Below, piece by piece: positions 1 to 24,720 of a DNA stretch of 64,000 bases; position 1 is the first letter of the stretch, and each line of letters starts with the position of its first letter. This DNA comes from Amoebidium appalachense (Eukaryota > Protista > Ichthyosporea), in assembly GCA_963693365.1 (NCBI GenBank), contig CAVNZM010000005.1, forward strand, positions 8,263,679 to 8,327,678. Reading direction: 5' to 3'. The position numbers and the translations under genes were made by a program. The notes beneath the pieces are model-generated. The model was given only the letters and a program-made list of their open reading frames with translations, was not told the DNA's origin and did not search any database.

Positions 1-891
1 ATTCGCGTTAGTCATGATCCATTTTAAGTGCATATGTGTACTAAATTCAAGTTTTCACACGAGTTGCACGACTTTTAACTCACAGCGCAACTTAGGCTCC
101 AATACTTCTAAAGCCGTGCTCTGTAATCAGCAACCCAATGTATATGACACGTGCTGCACACCAGGCGACCAGGTGGTTGCAGCTTGCGCTGCCATTGGAT
201 GGATATCATGCAGTATGTACGTGGGACCCTGCAGCCCATACGCATGCATGCGCATGCATGTACATGTGCGCCGGTACGTCTGGGCAGGCTGCATGCGCAT
301 ATGCTTTGGTGGCGCAAGACAATACAGTAACCGACAATGCCTGAGGTTTGGTGGGCACATCATTCATTATTGTTTTTTTCTAAAAGAATATCTGACTTGA
401 GTGTCGACGTCGGCTACAAAGGTGCCCTGTGTACATGGCAGCCACCCCGGAACTCTAACGCCAATTGATCATGTGAAAGTGCAAAACATAGCCCTCCCCC
501 CCCCCCCCCTCCCCCCACCCCCTCCTTCCCCCCCCCACCCCCTGCGCCGGCCCGGAGCAAGCACTACCACATTGACGTTTACTGATAAGGCACACTGATC
601 GAAGCTTCAAAGAGATCCCCGACCCACAACCACACAGTGGCTGCCCCTGAATGTACGTGCAGGGGTGGGCTGCATATCACAACCTCAAAACACCCTTGAA
701 TTTGGAACATTCAAGATTCTAGCAGGCTAGCCCCCCCCCCAAAAAACTAAGATAATGTCATTTTGCCCAAGTGCCACTAAGGGGGTCTGGGTATAAGACT
801 CTAAGTCATATAGGGCCCAGATCAACGTAATTTCAAAAATCAGCATATTGCTGTATCACCAAAAAGGATGCAGCCACACAAGTTAACCCAG

Positions 892-1001
892 TCACCTCCC
901 GGCCACCAGCTTTTGTTTCCTCGCCATTAGTTCCTCGTATGTGGCCATATCTGCTGCTAGCTGGCTGCGTAGCTCGGCCATGCTGATGGCTGTGTGCGTG
1001 G

Positions 1002-1073
<72 letters not shown>

Positions 1074-1526
1074 CGTACACGGTGCGTGTGCGCGCGCGGG
1101 TGTTCGGGTGTGCGGTGGGTGGGTGGGTGGGTGGGTGGGTGGGGGGTGTTAGGTGAATGGTCTTCCCTTCCCCAGTGACCCACCCTTTGACTCAACTAAC
1201 ATTTAACATCCATATCCCCCACTGCCCATCGGGCCCTCTCACTCTACCAAGGTGCTTTTCGTCCCCCTCCCCCATGTCTCTCCCGTATTCCCATCACCCC
1301 TCCCATCTCTTGTTTGGCCCATACCCCACCCATTCACCGCCACCATTGCCGTTACCCAACTGCTTACACCGCCAGTCACCCTCTATGCAATCTGTATCGC
1401 CAGCATCTACTCATGGCATGCATTCTCAATCACCCCGCTCCTCTCTTCCCCCCCATACCTAACATTTTCTCTGTTGTTCAATGTCACTCGAATTGCCACC
1501 TCCGTCCGACTTGCATCTCCCCCCTC

Positions 1527-1557
<31 letters not shown>

Positions 1558-1717
1558 ACCCACCCACCACCACCACCACCACCGCCACCATCCCCCCCAT
1601 CCCCCCTCCCCTCCCCAAACGTCCACCTCACCCTCACCCTCATCTCTTCCCCCCCCCGACCGCATGAATACATCAAGAACCCCACTCATCCTCCCCCCTC
1701 CCCCCTCCCCCCGGCGC

Positions 1718-1750
<33 letters not shown>

Positions 1751-2306
1751 CCCAGCACACACCCTGTCTGAAGCTTCTCTGAGCACTTCTTAGTGCCGGG
1801 GGCACCAACAAACCAAACCACTTGAGGGGGTCGGTGGGAGTGGGCCTTGGCTCATCCTCCACACAATCATCCGTGTCTGTTTGGGGGGGTTCATGGGCTG
1901 TGGGTGGGGGTTCTTGTTTCGGTGCTTTGCGCTGTTTGAGGGCAGGTTGGTCGGTGGTGGCTGCTTGCCGGGGGAGCTCTGGAAACATATCGAATCAGTG
2001 GAGGGTGCAGATGCTTGGGGAGGAATTGCAGAAGGAGAATAGGAGGGGGGGGGGGGGGGGAGGGGGGGGGGGGGGGAGGGGGAGGCACAGAAAAAGGTAT
2101 GCACGTGTGAAGGTCAAACGAGGAAGCATGCACCGGCGTATGCCTGCAGGTAGATAGGCAGGCAGCATAGCCCATATGCATGCACAGACATGTTAGCCAC
2201 ATGCATCCAGATGCACCCAGCTGCACGATGACACACACAACACCCATCCCCCCCCCCCCCCCCCCCTCCTCCTCCTCCTCCTCCTCCTCCTCCTTGACAC
2301 ACGCAA

Positions 2307-2341
<35 letters not shown>

Positions 2342-4039
2342 CACCAACCCCAACACATGCACATATGCAAATACCTTTTGCTCCCTCCACCGGTGCCATG
2401 CTGATTTCTCTTGTGCCTTCTGTCTGCTGGTGCCTGCATGTGAACCTCGTAAGAATTGCAGGCCTCGATATTTACTGACTCAACCACCTTAGCCTCCCCC
2501 CCCCACACACACACAACACACAAACTATAACCACCCACCACCCACCTTTTCACAGCCCAGTTCCTAGCGTACAACCAGACAATTAATCACGGCATATGCA
2601 GGATTCAAGCAACAATTTCCTTGCTTGAGAAGCCATCCTCAACTTGCTGCCTGCCCCCCCCCCTCCCCCCCCCTTTTAACCTCGTCGTCCCCATCCCCTA
2701 CTTTTAGCCTTCACACTTGCCCCTACCGATTTTTCTGCTGTGGGTGCTGTTGTGGACGGCACACACACGGTCCCTTCCTGCCGTCTGCCTCCCTCCTCCC
2801 CCCTCCCCCCCCTTCCTCCCCCCCCCCCCCCCCCCCCCCCACACCCCCTCCCCCGCCCCCACACAACCCCCCCCTCCCCCCCCTTCCTCCTTCCAGCATG
2901 CTCTCGTGAAACTCTTCCAACACAAACCCACACTCTCACTCATCACACTTGGGGTGTCTGCGCCAACAAAACAGACACACTCTACCCCCCAAGGGGCACG
3001 TACACAGCCACACGCAGGGTGGCCTCCATGTGCCTCGGGTACTGCAGACTGCCCACAGTGTAGACGGGGTTGGCCCGCTGCATGTGGTGCCGTGCCTGGG
3101 CCAGCGACAGGTGGCCCTGTGTGTGTATATCCCAGTCAGCTCTTCGCCACCCCCTCCCCCCCCTCCCCTTCCCCCCTTCCCCCAACGCCCCCCTCTTCCG
3201 CTCACTTCTCCGTCCATCCCCTCCTCAACGTGAAGCAGGCATGTGTGCGCTTTCCCAAGCAACACGTTACCTCCTTCAAGGCATGGCCCAGTGGCGGGTG
3301 CAGTGCCTGCAGGCGGCTGTATCTTTCGAATATGCCCTCAAGCAACGTGTCTAGTTGCCGGCAGACAGAGGAGAGCTCCTCTGAAACCCACACCGCTAAT
3401 GTTAGGGAAAAAGGCGGGAGGGCAACAATAGCATGTGTAAAATGCTGAGGGAAAGCAAGACAACTGCAAGGGCCGATGGGAGCTCGCGCCAAGCGCACAC
3501 ATCCCGGGTAAGGGCGTATCCAGAAAGCCCTCCAGCCATCCCCCCTCCCTCTCTCTCTCCCCCCCCCCCCCCTCCCCCCGCCCCCCCTCATCACCCTCCC
3601 CGCCCACCCTCTCTCCCACTCTCCTTTTCCCGTTCCCTCTCTCCCTCCCCCTCCCCTTCCCTCCCTCCCCCCCAACTGGCACATGTTCAAGCAACGTCTT
3701 GCCGCCAGCCTGCCTTTTCCACGCAGGCAGCGCCTCCAACAGCAGCCCAGAGTGTCGTCCCTCTGAAGCATACCGTCCAACCCTGCCAGCCTTCTTACCA
3801 CCTCGACCAGTCCCATTCCCCTCACCTCCCCTCGTGCCCCCCCTGCTCTTAGAATTCCTTACTCCACTTCCGACCCGCCCCTCCCTCCCCTCCCCCTCTT
3901 TACCCCCCCCCCCCCCCCCCCCTCAAATACCCCCCCCCCCCCCCCCCCCCCTCAAATACCCCCCCCCCCCCCCCCCCGCAGTGCCACTACACAAAAACAC
4001 GCACACGCACCCACCTGTGTCGTTTGTGGCTACAGGCAT
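892..4039 (-). CDS. CCDC115: Vacuolar ATPase assembly factor CCDC115/Vma22-like, 7 exons, about 242 aa
   Basis: Exons 4039-4015, 3380-3271, 3116-3004, 2784-2727, 2487-2391, 1978-1763 and 1001-892 join in frame at GT-AG sites. The protein has GHLSLAQAR...VGSLQYPRHMEATLRV and DPLKWFGLLVPPALRSAQRSFRQ, matching the conserved DPLxWFGxLVPxxLRxAQxxF motif of CCDC115/Vma22, followed by a coiled-coil-like C-terminus. Confidence 0.9.
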
Positions 4040-5487
4040 GGTTGGGGGGTGCAAAGACCAGGGTTGCCTCTTCGACTGTAGACAAACTAAGCGGGGGTAG
4101 ATGGGTTGTGCCTACGTGAACCTCGGTGTGCGCGTGTGCGTATGCGTGTGCGTGCTTGTGACACTTCGCCCGAATGCGATTATGACGCTCCACTTACACT
4201 AACAACTAAGCTAGACGAACTCTGCGAGATGTCGAGTTTTTTGTAGTCTACAAGGCTTTGTACCCGCGCACTTGCCTACGTAAGTGGCCCGAGCGGCCTA
4301 CGACGCTGCGGGACGTCTCCGGCGGGGTCCTTCTGGCTGTAATGACCAATCAAATCGCCCAATATGTAATGACCTATCGAAATGCTCAAAAGTTTTAAAG
4401 CAAATTTTCAATCTTACTAAGTTAAAAAGCCTGGGCAGGCAGATCATGTCTTATTTTTACTTGCAGGCTGGGCTACGTCATTTTGAACCAATCACCACTC
4501 CTAAATCTAGATTTACGCTCGTAGATCCGATTACACGCGATCAAACTTTGTCTAGTGACTGTCGCCTGGGGCAACATACAAGGTATACTTATCCGTTTTA
4601 AGATGACTATCCTAGATCACCTTATTAATGCTGCACAGTATGATATTGTGATCCGGTGCCTTAACTTTCTGTCGGAGCTACCGATGCTAGCATCTGCTTA
4701 CCCATAATATGTAATAGGGGTGTCAGATACTACGATGGCGCTCATTGTTGCCTAGCATGTACATATGTCACTGGCTGCATTTGATTGGCTGTGCTGGAAA
4801 ACGCAGTAGGCCGTCGAATGTGGCTGGGCCTCCGGCAATGTCCACGCAATAAAAATGTGTGTAAACCCCCTACTTATAGGCCGCAGAGAGACAGCACTCA
4901 AAGTGATTAAGTTTTTTGAGTTTTTTTGTTTTTTCGGTTGCCTAAAATGGCAACATCGCGAAGCAATACTGATCGTAGATTGGCTAAAAATGCACCAGAC
5001 CTTGTTGCATTATTGTAGTTTGTTTATCTTTTGTGAGTTGTGCCTCTATGTATGTCACATTGTAGTTGTGCCTTGACTGTTTCAACAGTTCAACTCAACG
5101 CACATGTAGAGCGTAGTGTAAGTGTACTGTAGTGTAGTTTACTGTAGTGTGCTGTAAAATAGGCTGCTCGATCCCAGTCATCCGTGTGCGTGTGTTGTGT
5201 TCATGCGTGTTTGTGTTGGTGTGCGTGTTTTGTGTTGTTGTTTGTGAGACACACCAAGTCTTCTCGGCCACGCAAACACCCGCTGGGCACCTTAACAGAA
5301 TAATCGAATCCCCGCGTTCATTACCGTAACCTCGCCATCGTACCCGAAGCAGAGTAGTGGGTGGCCCAATGGTTGAGCTTAGGCAAGACAACACCCAGGC
5401 ATCAAACACACACTGCAGTTAGGGAAGGGTACACAATTACATTTACAGCTATGCAGGTAGGCTAGTGGTCGGGGTTGGCCAGGCGAG
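4040..5487. promoter_or_regulatory. Bidirectional promoter/5'UTR region between CCDC115 (-) and the hydrolase (+)
   Basis: Lies between divergent start codons. It is almost free of the microsatellites that fill the introns, retains CpG, and has several CCAAT/ATTGG motifs (about 4346, 4488, 4784, 4979). Confidence 0.55.
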
Positions 5488-7331
5488 ATGGCTGGGCGGG
5501 TGCTCAAGGAGGTGCCGCTGGTGTTTGTGCCCGGCCTGAAGGGCAGCCGGCTGGTGGACAAGGACGGCAGCGTGTGCTGGCTGGGTGCGCATCTCGTGCT
5601 TGTGCGCTCACGTGCTTGTCAGATGCATGAGACTTTTGTTGGGGTTGATCAACTATCACCCAAGTGGACTATTAATGATCTACTTTGATTACATCCCCGT
5701 CCACCCCCCCCCTCCCCCCCCCCCCCTTTCCCCCGCACCCTCCCCTCCCCCCCCCACACACACACACGTGCACACACGCACACACAAACACACACTGAGA
5801 CACACAGGCGTGCACGTACACACACACAAGCAAAACACAAGACACACAAGCAAATGCACACGCACACGCCTTCACGCGCACACAGGTGCATGCAGGGTGC
5901 ACATCAAAGCTCGAGCTCATGCACTACACGTATGAACCGGGCACATGTGCACTCACACTCACACACGCGAACACACACACCCCTACACAAACATGCACAC
6001 ACACACACGCCACCACTTAAACCAGGTAGGCACACCTGTCACACAAAACAAACGCACAAATGTTCAGTGTTTAATCTTGTCAGCCGTGTTTTCCTTGCCT
6101 ACACCAACATACCTGGACCTGTACACACCCACGCCCATGGAGATCACCATAACATGTGTTTGGCTATGCCCAACCCTTTCACCAGCATTCCACCATATGC
6201 ACATATGATGACCATAACCCATGCTGTGCAAGTACAGGGGCAGCCCAGACACTCAACCCGTTCAACCGCACAACCATCACGCTGCCGCTAGACCACAGCC
6301 AGGGGGCACAGGCAGGGGACGGGCTGCGGGCTGAGGGGGTGCTTGTGGCCGATATGCTGGGCATGGCCGAGGTAGCTTACAAGGACATCACGGAGGTGCG
6401 CTGTGTGCATGTTTCCCCATCTCTGTTGCCCATCCCCTATTCTCCCCCCCCCCCCCCCCCCCCCCCCCCTTCCCACCACTACCACCCCTCCCCCCTTCAA
6501 CTTCACTTTTTCGTTAAAGCCTGAGTGTGGGCTCGACCTGGCACATCATCACCACACGAGCAAGGTGATTGGCCAGTTACCTGTGATAACACTATTCTAT
6601 CCCCAGGTGTGCCGGCAGCTGGGGCGGGCCTACTATGAGTTCAGTTTTGATTGGCGCAGAGACCTGGGGGAGGCTGTGGGCCAGTTGGCATTGTTCCTGA
6701 CTAAGGTGAGTGCTCATGCATCCCGCTTTTCTAGTTTTTGTATTTTTGTATAAATTTGTGTTGTGTCTTTTGATGTCTCCACCACCATAACTACAACCTT
6801 CTGAAGCGTGCATTCCCCCCTCCCCCCTCCCCCCCCCCCCCCTCCCCCCCCCCCCCTTCCCCCCCCCCCCCCCCCGCCCCCCAAAAAAAAGTGGCCAGGA
6901 AAAAGAACAAAATTAAAAAAACCACGTACAGAGCACAGGGCCGCTGAATGTCAACAAACACACAGCACACACACAAAGCACACACGGACCTATGCTGAAC
7001 GCATATGCATACGCAATAGCAGGGGCCCCGTGAGCTCAAGTGTTAGGTCTGCTTTTAAACATGCCATACTTTGGATGGCACAACATAGGGGGCCCCTAGC
7101 ACCCACCACCCATGCACTCACTTGCCATTCCATCAGGTGGGCCAGGGCCAGCCCGTGCAGGTTCTAGCGCATTCCACAGGGGGCCTTGTTGCTTTTGCCC
7201 TCCTCAACCGCCACCCCCACCTCTTCCACTCCCTTCTACTTGCTGGCACCCCCTTCAACCCCAGTGTGGCCTATCTCAATGACCTCACCTCAGGCTCAAA
7301 ATCATCAAGTAATCCATCCCCCTCCTCCCCC

Positions 7332-7364
<33 letters not shown>

Positions 7365-7479
7365 TCCCCCCTCCCCCCCCCGGCTCTCCCCCCACCCCAC
7401 TCCCCCCCTTCCCGAGTTCCCTCTTCATCCAACATATACCCACGTGTGTGCGCCATGAGCACACATGCACGCACGCGCG

Positions 7480-7550
<71 letters not shown>

Positions 7551-7558
7551 ACATGCGT

Positions 7559-7595
<37 letters not shown>

Positions 7596-7774
7596 CGTGC
7601 GCGCACACACACACGTACACACATGCACACATGCACACATGCGTGCACACACACACACACGCACACACACACATGTGTGTGTGCGCACACACACACACGT
7701 ACACACATGCACACACGCACACATGCGTGCGCACACACACACACGTACACACATGCACACATGCACACATGCGT

Positions 7775-7808
<34 letters not shown>

Positions 7809-7861
7809 GTGTGTGTGCGCACACACACACGCGTACACATATGCACACACGCACACATGCG

Positions 7862-7892
<31 letters not shown>

Positions 7893-7947
7893 GCGTGCGC
7901 ACACACACACACACACATGCGTGCGTGCGCACACACACACATGCGTG

Positions 7948-7981
<34 letters not shown>

Positions 7982-7985
7982 TGCG

Positions 7986-8016
<31 letters not shown>

Positions 8017-8020
8017 GCGT

Positions 8021-8057
<37 letters not shown>

Positions 8058-8113
8058 CGTGCACACACACACACACACAAGCATGACACACACACACACA
8101 CACACACAAGCAT

Positions 8114-8151
<38 letters not shown>

Positions 8152-8348
8152 GTGTGCGCACACACACACGTACACACATGCACACACGCACACATGCGTC
8201 ACCCACACACACACGCACACACACACACACACACACACATGCGTGCGCGCACACACACACACACACATGCGTGCGCACACACACACACACACACATGCGT
8301 GCGCACACACACACACACACATGCATGCGCACACACACACACATGCGT

Positions 8349-8401
<53 letters not shown>

Positions 8402-8435
8402 CGTGCACACACACACACACACACACACACATGCG

Positions 8436-8466
<31 letters not shown>

Positions 8467-8494
8467 GCGTGCGCACACACATACAAACATGCAT

Positions 8495-8531
<37 letters not shown>

Positions 8532-9552
8532 CATGTGCGCGCGCACACACACACACACGTGCATGCGCGCGCACACACACACACACATATGCATGCGCAC
8601 ACACACACACGTACACACACACACACACACACACACATGCACCTACGTGCACGCCCACACAAACCACCACCACTACCACCACAAACCGTCTGTAAAACAC
8701 ATTTTCCAAACTTAACATTGTTAGTAAAAAAGCGTGCATTAAGATAATCACTTCAAACGTGCCAGCGTAACCTATTCAACTATCATCACTCCTATTCCTC
8801 TCTACAATGGCAGCCTGGGTGTCTGATTATTCAACCCCCCCCCCCCTCAGGGGGCAGTGCTTTGCTCTCAGCAGCTGCCCACTTCAGCTGGCCGGCCATG
8901 TTCAGCCTACTGCCTGCATGGGCCCCAACACAGTGGGTCATGGACTTGATGGGCAACCATCTAGACATAGATCTGTTGGATGTGGACGGTACGTGGGGTT
9001 TTTTTTATATTTATTATTATTACTATTATTATTTTTTATTTTTTATTTTGGGGGGGGGGGGGGGGGGGGGAAGGGGAGGGAGGGGGGAAGGGTGGGGGGA
9101 GGGTGGGAGGAAGGGGGGAGAGTGGGTAGAGGGGGGGGGGGGGGGTTGGTGTGTGTTGCAGGGTGTGGTGTCCGTGTGTGCGTGTGCATTCATACAGGGA
9201 TGGGGTTATGTGTGTGCGGTTTGTTGGAGAGAGGAGGGGGACAAGGCATGCACTAGGGGAGGGGAAGAAGCAACCCGGTGCACGGATAAAGGTGGGAATG
9301 GGATGTACGACGGTGGTTGGAGTGGAATGAAGTGTGGGAATAGAGTCCCCGGTTTTGTTCACTTTGTGGTCATGGTGGGAAGACTTGGGCGGCTGGGCAG
9401 CGTGTACTGGTTTCCATGCACATAATTTGGTGTGGGTGCTGTAAGATTGAACGCTGAGAAAGCAGGTTGGACAAAGAACCGGGCCTGGGATGATGGGGGA
9501 GGTGGGCAGGCAGGTGCACCCGCGCGCATTTGTACGCTTGTGTGTCGTTTAC

Positions 9553-9597
<45 letters not shown>

Positions 9598-10683
9598 AAA
9601 AATGGAGTGGATGCACGTGTACACGCACCTGCTGACAATCACCGGCCGTTGCAGACTGGGTCACCCACCACATCGGTGTGTTCTGCCGCGATATCACCGC
9701 CAATCCACCCAGCCCAGCCGAAATAGACCACCTGCATAGGGCACTAGATGCTGCCAGAAATTTCCGTGAGGAGATAGTGTGTGCAGCCATCCAATATCCG
9801 CCCATAGCCGTGCTAGCAGGGTCAGGCACCCCCACGCCTGTGCACTGCATCAAGAGGGTTGCTGGCGGCAGGGTGTGGTACAACTTTGACGATGGCCTGG
9901 TGGTGGGTGCATTGCTAATACGACACATCTTCCCATGCACCCCCCCCCCCCCCCCCCTCCCCCCCCTCCCCCCCCCTTCCCCCCCCCCCCCCCCCCCCCC
10001 CTTTCCACCTGCCTCCCCAGCACCCATCCCCCCCAGCGGCTCACTCACTCATCCCCACCACTTCCACCACTACCACCACCTTCATCTGAGGTCGAGGAAA
10101 ACCACGAGGGGACAAATGACCACCACGCTTAAGCACACCCACACGTGGATTCAAACACTTGTTTCAGGACGGACTGATAAGGTTGCCATGGCATGCACAG
10201 TCCCCTGCATGGCGCACATACAGGGATATCCAACGTGGTTCGAGCCCATACTCCCTCCATTCTCCCCCATGCCTGTAACCTAACTCCCCTCCCCTCCCAG
10301 CTGCCGCGCCAAAGTTACCCTCACTTTCCTCACTGACACAACGCACATGCGCATATGCACACACACATGCACATGCAATCGTTCGTCAAGTGGTGGGTAC
10401 ATCCACACACACTCTCATTCACACGCGTGGCCACATCATAATAACAGCCCCCCTCCCCCCCCCCCTCCCCCCCCCCCCCTACCCGCAGGAGGATGGTGAT
10501 GGTCGTGTGTGTGTGACCGGCACCCTGCCCCCCTCTGGTGTGCCCTACAGACTACACCGTGCACATGCAGGTCATGGGGGATTGCTGCTGAACACAGAGA
10601 GGGTGGTGGGCATACTCAGTGAGCTGGGGGGGTGGGTGGAGGAGAGGAGGAGAGAGGCCACGTCCAGAATAGACCTGGTATAG
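5488..10683 (+). CDS. LCAT/phospholipase A-like alpha/beta-hydrolase, 7 exons, about 368 aa
   Basis: Exons 5488-5584, 6238-6395, 6607-6705, 7137-7308, 8851-8988, 9655-9902 and 10489-10683 are in frame. Motifs: [13 protein letters not shown] (oxyanion region), FSFDWRRD, nucleophile elbow AHSTGG, AGTPF, DGDGRV (catalytic Asp) and HGGLL (catalytic His). Confidence 0.85.
7440..8645. repeat. About 1.2-kb compound (CA)n satellite with CATG/CGTG/CGCG interruptions filling intron 4 of the hydrolase
   Basis: Near-continuous alternating purine-pyrimidine sequence with a recurring ACATGCGTGC(AC)n higher-order unit. Confidence 0.95.
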
Positions 10684-10700
10684 GTTTTTTGGGGAGGGGG

Positions 10701-10731
<31 letters not shown>

Positions 10732-11831
10732 GGTATGTGTGTGGTGTGGGTATGCTGTCGAAAAGGGAAGGGGGGGGGACGGGGGATTGATAGGCATGAC
10801 CTGGCATGTGTTTGCAGGGTTGGGGGTGATCTGGAATTTATGGATATATGTTCAGTGGTGTGAGGTGTTATCATGGGGAATGCGTGAATTCAGAATGCAT
10901 ATGTGCAATGAAGTTACTGAAAAGAGAAAGGATGATGATTATAGTATATAGTAGCCTAATCTAAGGTGCATGCCGTTAGTTGGATTAACAACGAATGATC
11001 GCGCTGATGTACGTTTACCATACTGGGGCATTCATAGAAAATAGTAAGCCATTAATAGCGTCCTAGCACAGATGGAACAATTGAAGGATTGGTAGCGCTG
11101 CCACCGAAGGATTGATGGCTGGTAGTACCCTGTGGTGCTAATAGTACATTGCATGCGTACATTTGTGAAGGTAGACACATGTTTATCACTAACGAGCAAG
11201 GTGCAAGGCAGGTTCAGCCATGGTATATACATATACATATGCGATAACACTTACGCTTCACCTCGTTGGCACCACTGTATACGTATGAAAGCATGGGCCT
11301 GTGGCTCTGTATTGACATGTGCGTAGGCTTACGAGACATCATCTAATTGTTGTGTAACTGTTCCTGGGCCAGGTGTCCAGACCCGTGAGGAGATAGCAAA
11401 TATTGCTGTGTTAACGTTTGTTTCACATGTACATTTACACTTTTCGCATGCACATATACTGCAAGATATAAGGGAACATGCTAAATAAAGCACATGTACA
11501 GTTCAGTATCAATATTAAAACCACGCATTCGTGAAACCCCCCCCCCCCCCCTGGTTCGGTCCCACACATAAGCTACGTGCCCCTTGAGAGGAAGCACGTT
11601 GGGCAGGCTGGGAAAGTTCGCGCGTACACGAATGGTGTACGTGCGTGTGCCGTGCAAGCATAACCACAGGCAAAACACGTAGGTATGCAGCCAGTGCGTA
11701 CATACACGCACGTGCATGCACGGGCAACCCATCCACCAGCGGAAAGAGGTGGTGACGGGTATTATGCGTTGTATTCATATGACCAAGCCGTCACTATATC
11801 TGACATACAATAGTGCCCGAGTCACTCTTCT

Positions 11832-22225
<10,394 letters not shown>

Positions 22226-23663
22226 ATCGGAATATTTGCGTATGTCTATTTTTTTCTGACTTCTAAAATCGTAAAAACAGTTTTAAGTCGGTTGTAGGTA
22301 TTAGTGAATAAGTGACAACGTCAGGAACCCGTCCTCTCCTATCCCAAGTTTAACACCGGCTGAGTGGTACTGGGAGGTCACGTGTACCAATAATCACAGG
22401 GAGAGTTTGCTGCTCAGCCAACTCAAAATGTACACAAGTAATCGCTCTTCTCGCCTTTCTGCTTGGTATAGTTAAAACATAGGTCTGTCTCTTCTTTTTG
22501 TCTTTTCCAACGATAGCGCCGGCTAACCTTAGGATAAGTGACAGCAGAAGAGCCGAGTGACAGCGCTACAAAAAATTAGCAGGCTTTTGCTGTTGCCACT
22601 GACATGGCATGGTGATGTCAAAACGGGCACCACTTTTTAAATCTTTAGTTTGCGTAAGTCATTCTACCATATATGGTATACTTCTGCTTCAAATTGAGGG
22701 GGGGCAAAATGGTGACTCTGCGTCAATGACGTCATCTATTCGCTGTTTCCCGTTGACTCAAGATAGGTTCAGAAAACCACAAAAATATTTCATATAAATA
22801 GTAATAAACGAATAAACAACAGTTTTTATAGCTCTTTCTACATGTTTTCGTGAATACAATATCCGACAATGTATAGAAATCGTGGTCTTTGATGATTGGG
22901 TGTTGCGTTACTGCAGCCAATCGCCAAAGAGCACCTTTGCGCGCGAAAGCCGCATGCGCATGCGCCCGTGCTGTGCATAGCAGAGTGGAGGGGAGAGAAG
23001 AGAGGTGGAAAGAGTTCGGAAAGGGTCATGTTGGAGAGTGTGTGGAGTCCGGGAGAGTTTTAAGGCGTTTGTCGAAAAAAAGGAAAAGCATTTGTATTTG
23101 CAAGCATACATCGCTGGGACTTTAAATTAGAGGTTAGCACGCCAGGCGGGCAACCCCACGCGAAACATACTCGTCAGCAACCAAACGCAGCACACCAGCT
23201 GCACTCAGCGCAGCACGAAACAATACCATAAACTGTAAGATTCAAAGACACGGACCAAAGAGAACGTGCATTTAGGAGGATATACTCGCTTTATATAACC
23301 AAGCCGCTGCTTAGGGAATTCCACAGTACATTATTTGTCCACATGGTTGCTTACCCTAAAGCACAAATTCAACACCACCAAAGAACAATTGTCAGTTTCC
23401 TTTCAGAGCACCACTCGTGTGTGATTTGTGACCCAAGAGTCAAACGTCACCAGCATTCACACTCAAGAATAGCATTTCTCGTAGTCAACCTATTTAGAAA
23501 CGAAATCCCAGAAATCGAGATCTAATTTTAGCACGCAGACGATCCAGTATAACATTGCCGTCTTGTTTACAGAGCACGGTGTGGCTGCCGGAGGGAGAAT
23601 GGATCCCTCAGGGGACTGTCTCTTTTAGTGCTGTACGCTAGGTGCCCATATAAGAAAGGTAGC
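22226..23663. promoter_or_regulatory. Bidirectional promoter between the mTERF-like gene and the ankyrin kinase
   Basis: Microsatellite-free and CpG-retaining. It has inverted CCAAT boxes (about 22895 and 22917), the E2F-like near-palindrome TTTGCGCGCGAAA (22936-22948) and the NRF1-like palindrome CGCATGCGCATGCG (22951-22964). Confidence 0.55.
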
Positions 23664-24497
23664 ATGACGGTGGTTGCTGCCACCCACACGACCATGCCGG
23701 CGGTCGACCCCCCTGCAAGCCCACAGCCTATTGGCTCCCCAACCAAAGGTATACAAGGCACGGCACGTTGTGTGCAGCGGAGGGAAAGGAGGGGGGGGGG
23801 GGGGGAGATGCTTGCGTGTATGTGCTTGTGGAGAGGGTTTGTGCACACGTGTGCCTGGGTGTGTATGCGTATGTGTGTGTGCTTGTGTGTGATTTGGACG
23901 GGGGGGAAGAGGAAGGGGTTGGGGGCGAGGAGAAGGGGGGGGGGGGGTAGCAGTGGGTGCCGTGGAGCGGGGGAAGGAGGGGAGGGGAGGGGAAGGGGGG
24001 GTGGGAAGGTTGGAGAAAAAGAAAGGGGGGGGGGGGGGGGAAGGAAGGGGTGGTGTGGTGGCTAGACGGGGCTTTGATTTCAGGAAGGGTCTTGCAACGG
24101 TGCGAGGCTCTGAGGACTAGCAGATCTGCACACATGTGGTTGTGTTTGTGTACGAGTTGGTGTCGATATCACTGTGCATGCATGCCTTTGTACGTGCGCA
24201 TTTTCCTCATCTCCCGTTGTGGCTATTATGTGTTCTTTATTTGTACAACTTTGTGTGCTATGTGGTCCTATGCATCCTGTGATAGGTTGAGAAAAGGAGG
24301 TTTGGATTGAAAGGTAACGGGGACAGGGGTATGGCTCATTTCTAGGTGTGTACCTGGTGGGGGCGGGGGATCTTTATTTGCCACTCCTTGCTCACTTGGT
24401 GACACCACAGGCAAGTTGGCGCAGAGCAAGTCGTATCTGAATGGAAACACCAGTGCACTGGGCGACGTCCTGCAACTGCTGGCCGCCAGTGGTGTGT

Positions 24498-24537
<40 letters not shown>

Positions 24538-24682
24538 CCCCGCCCGCCCGCCCCCACCACCACCACCACCACCACCAACACATCCACATAAAGTTTCTAG
24601 TTGTGACCTTTTGAAATGTGATGCGTGCAAACACGTTCCCGTTCTCCCAGATCCTTCCCCCTTCTCCCCCCCCCCCCCCCTC

Positions 24683-24720
<38 letters not shown>

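Noticed and set aside
3680-3825. Coding-looking stretch in CCDC115 intron 1
   Set aside because: Exons 1 and 2 already join in frame, and there are no convincing splice sites or motif.
7122-8751. Long ORFs of HT/CV/poly-P/poly-G repeats here and throughout (for example 48517-50205)
   Set aside because: They are translations of stop-free microsatellites in introns. The real exons inside them are short and bounded by splice sites.
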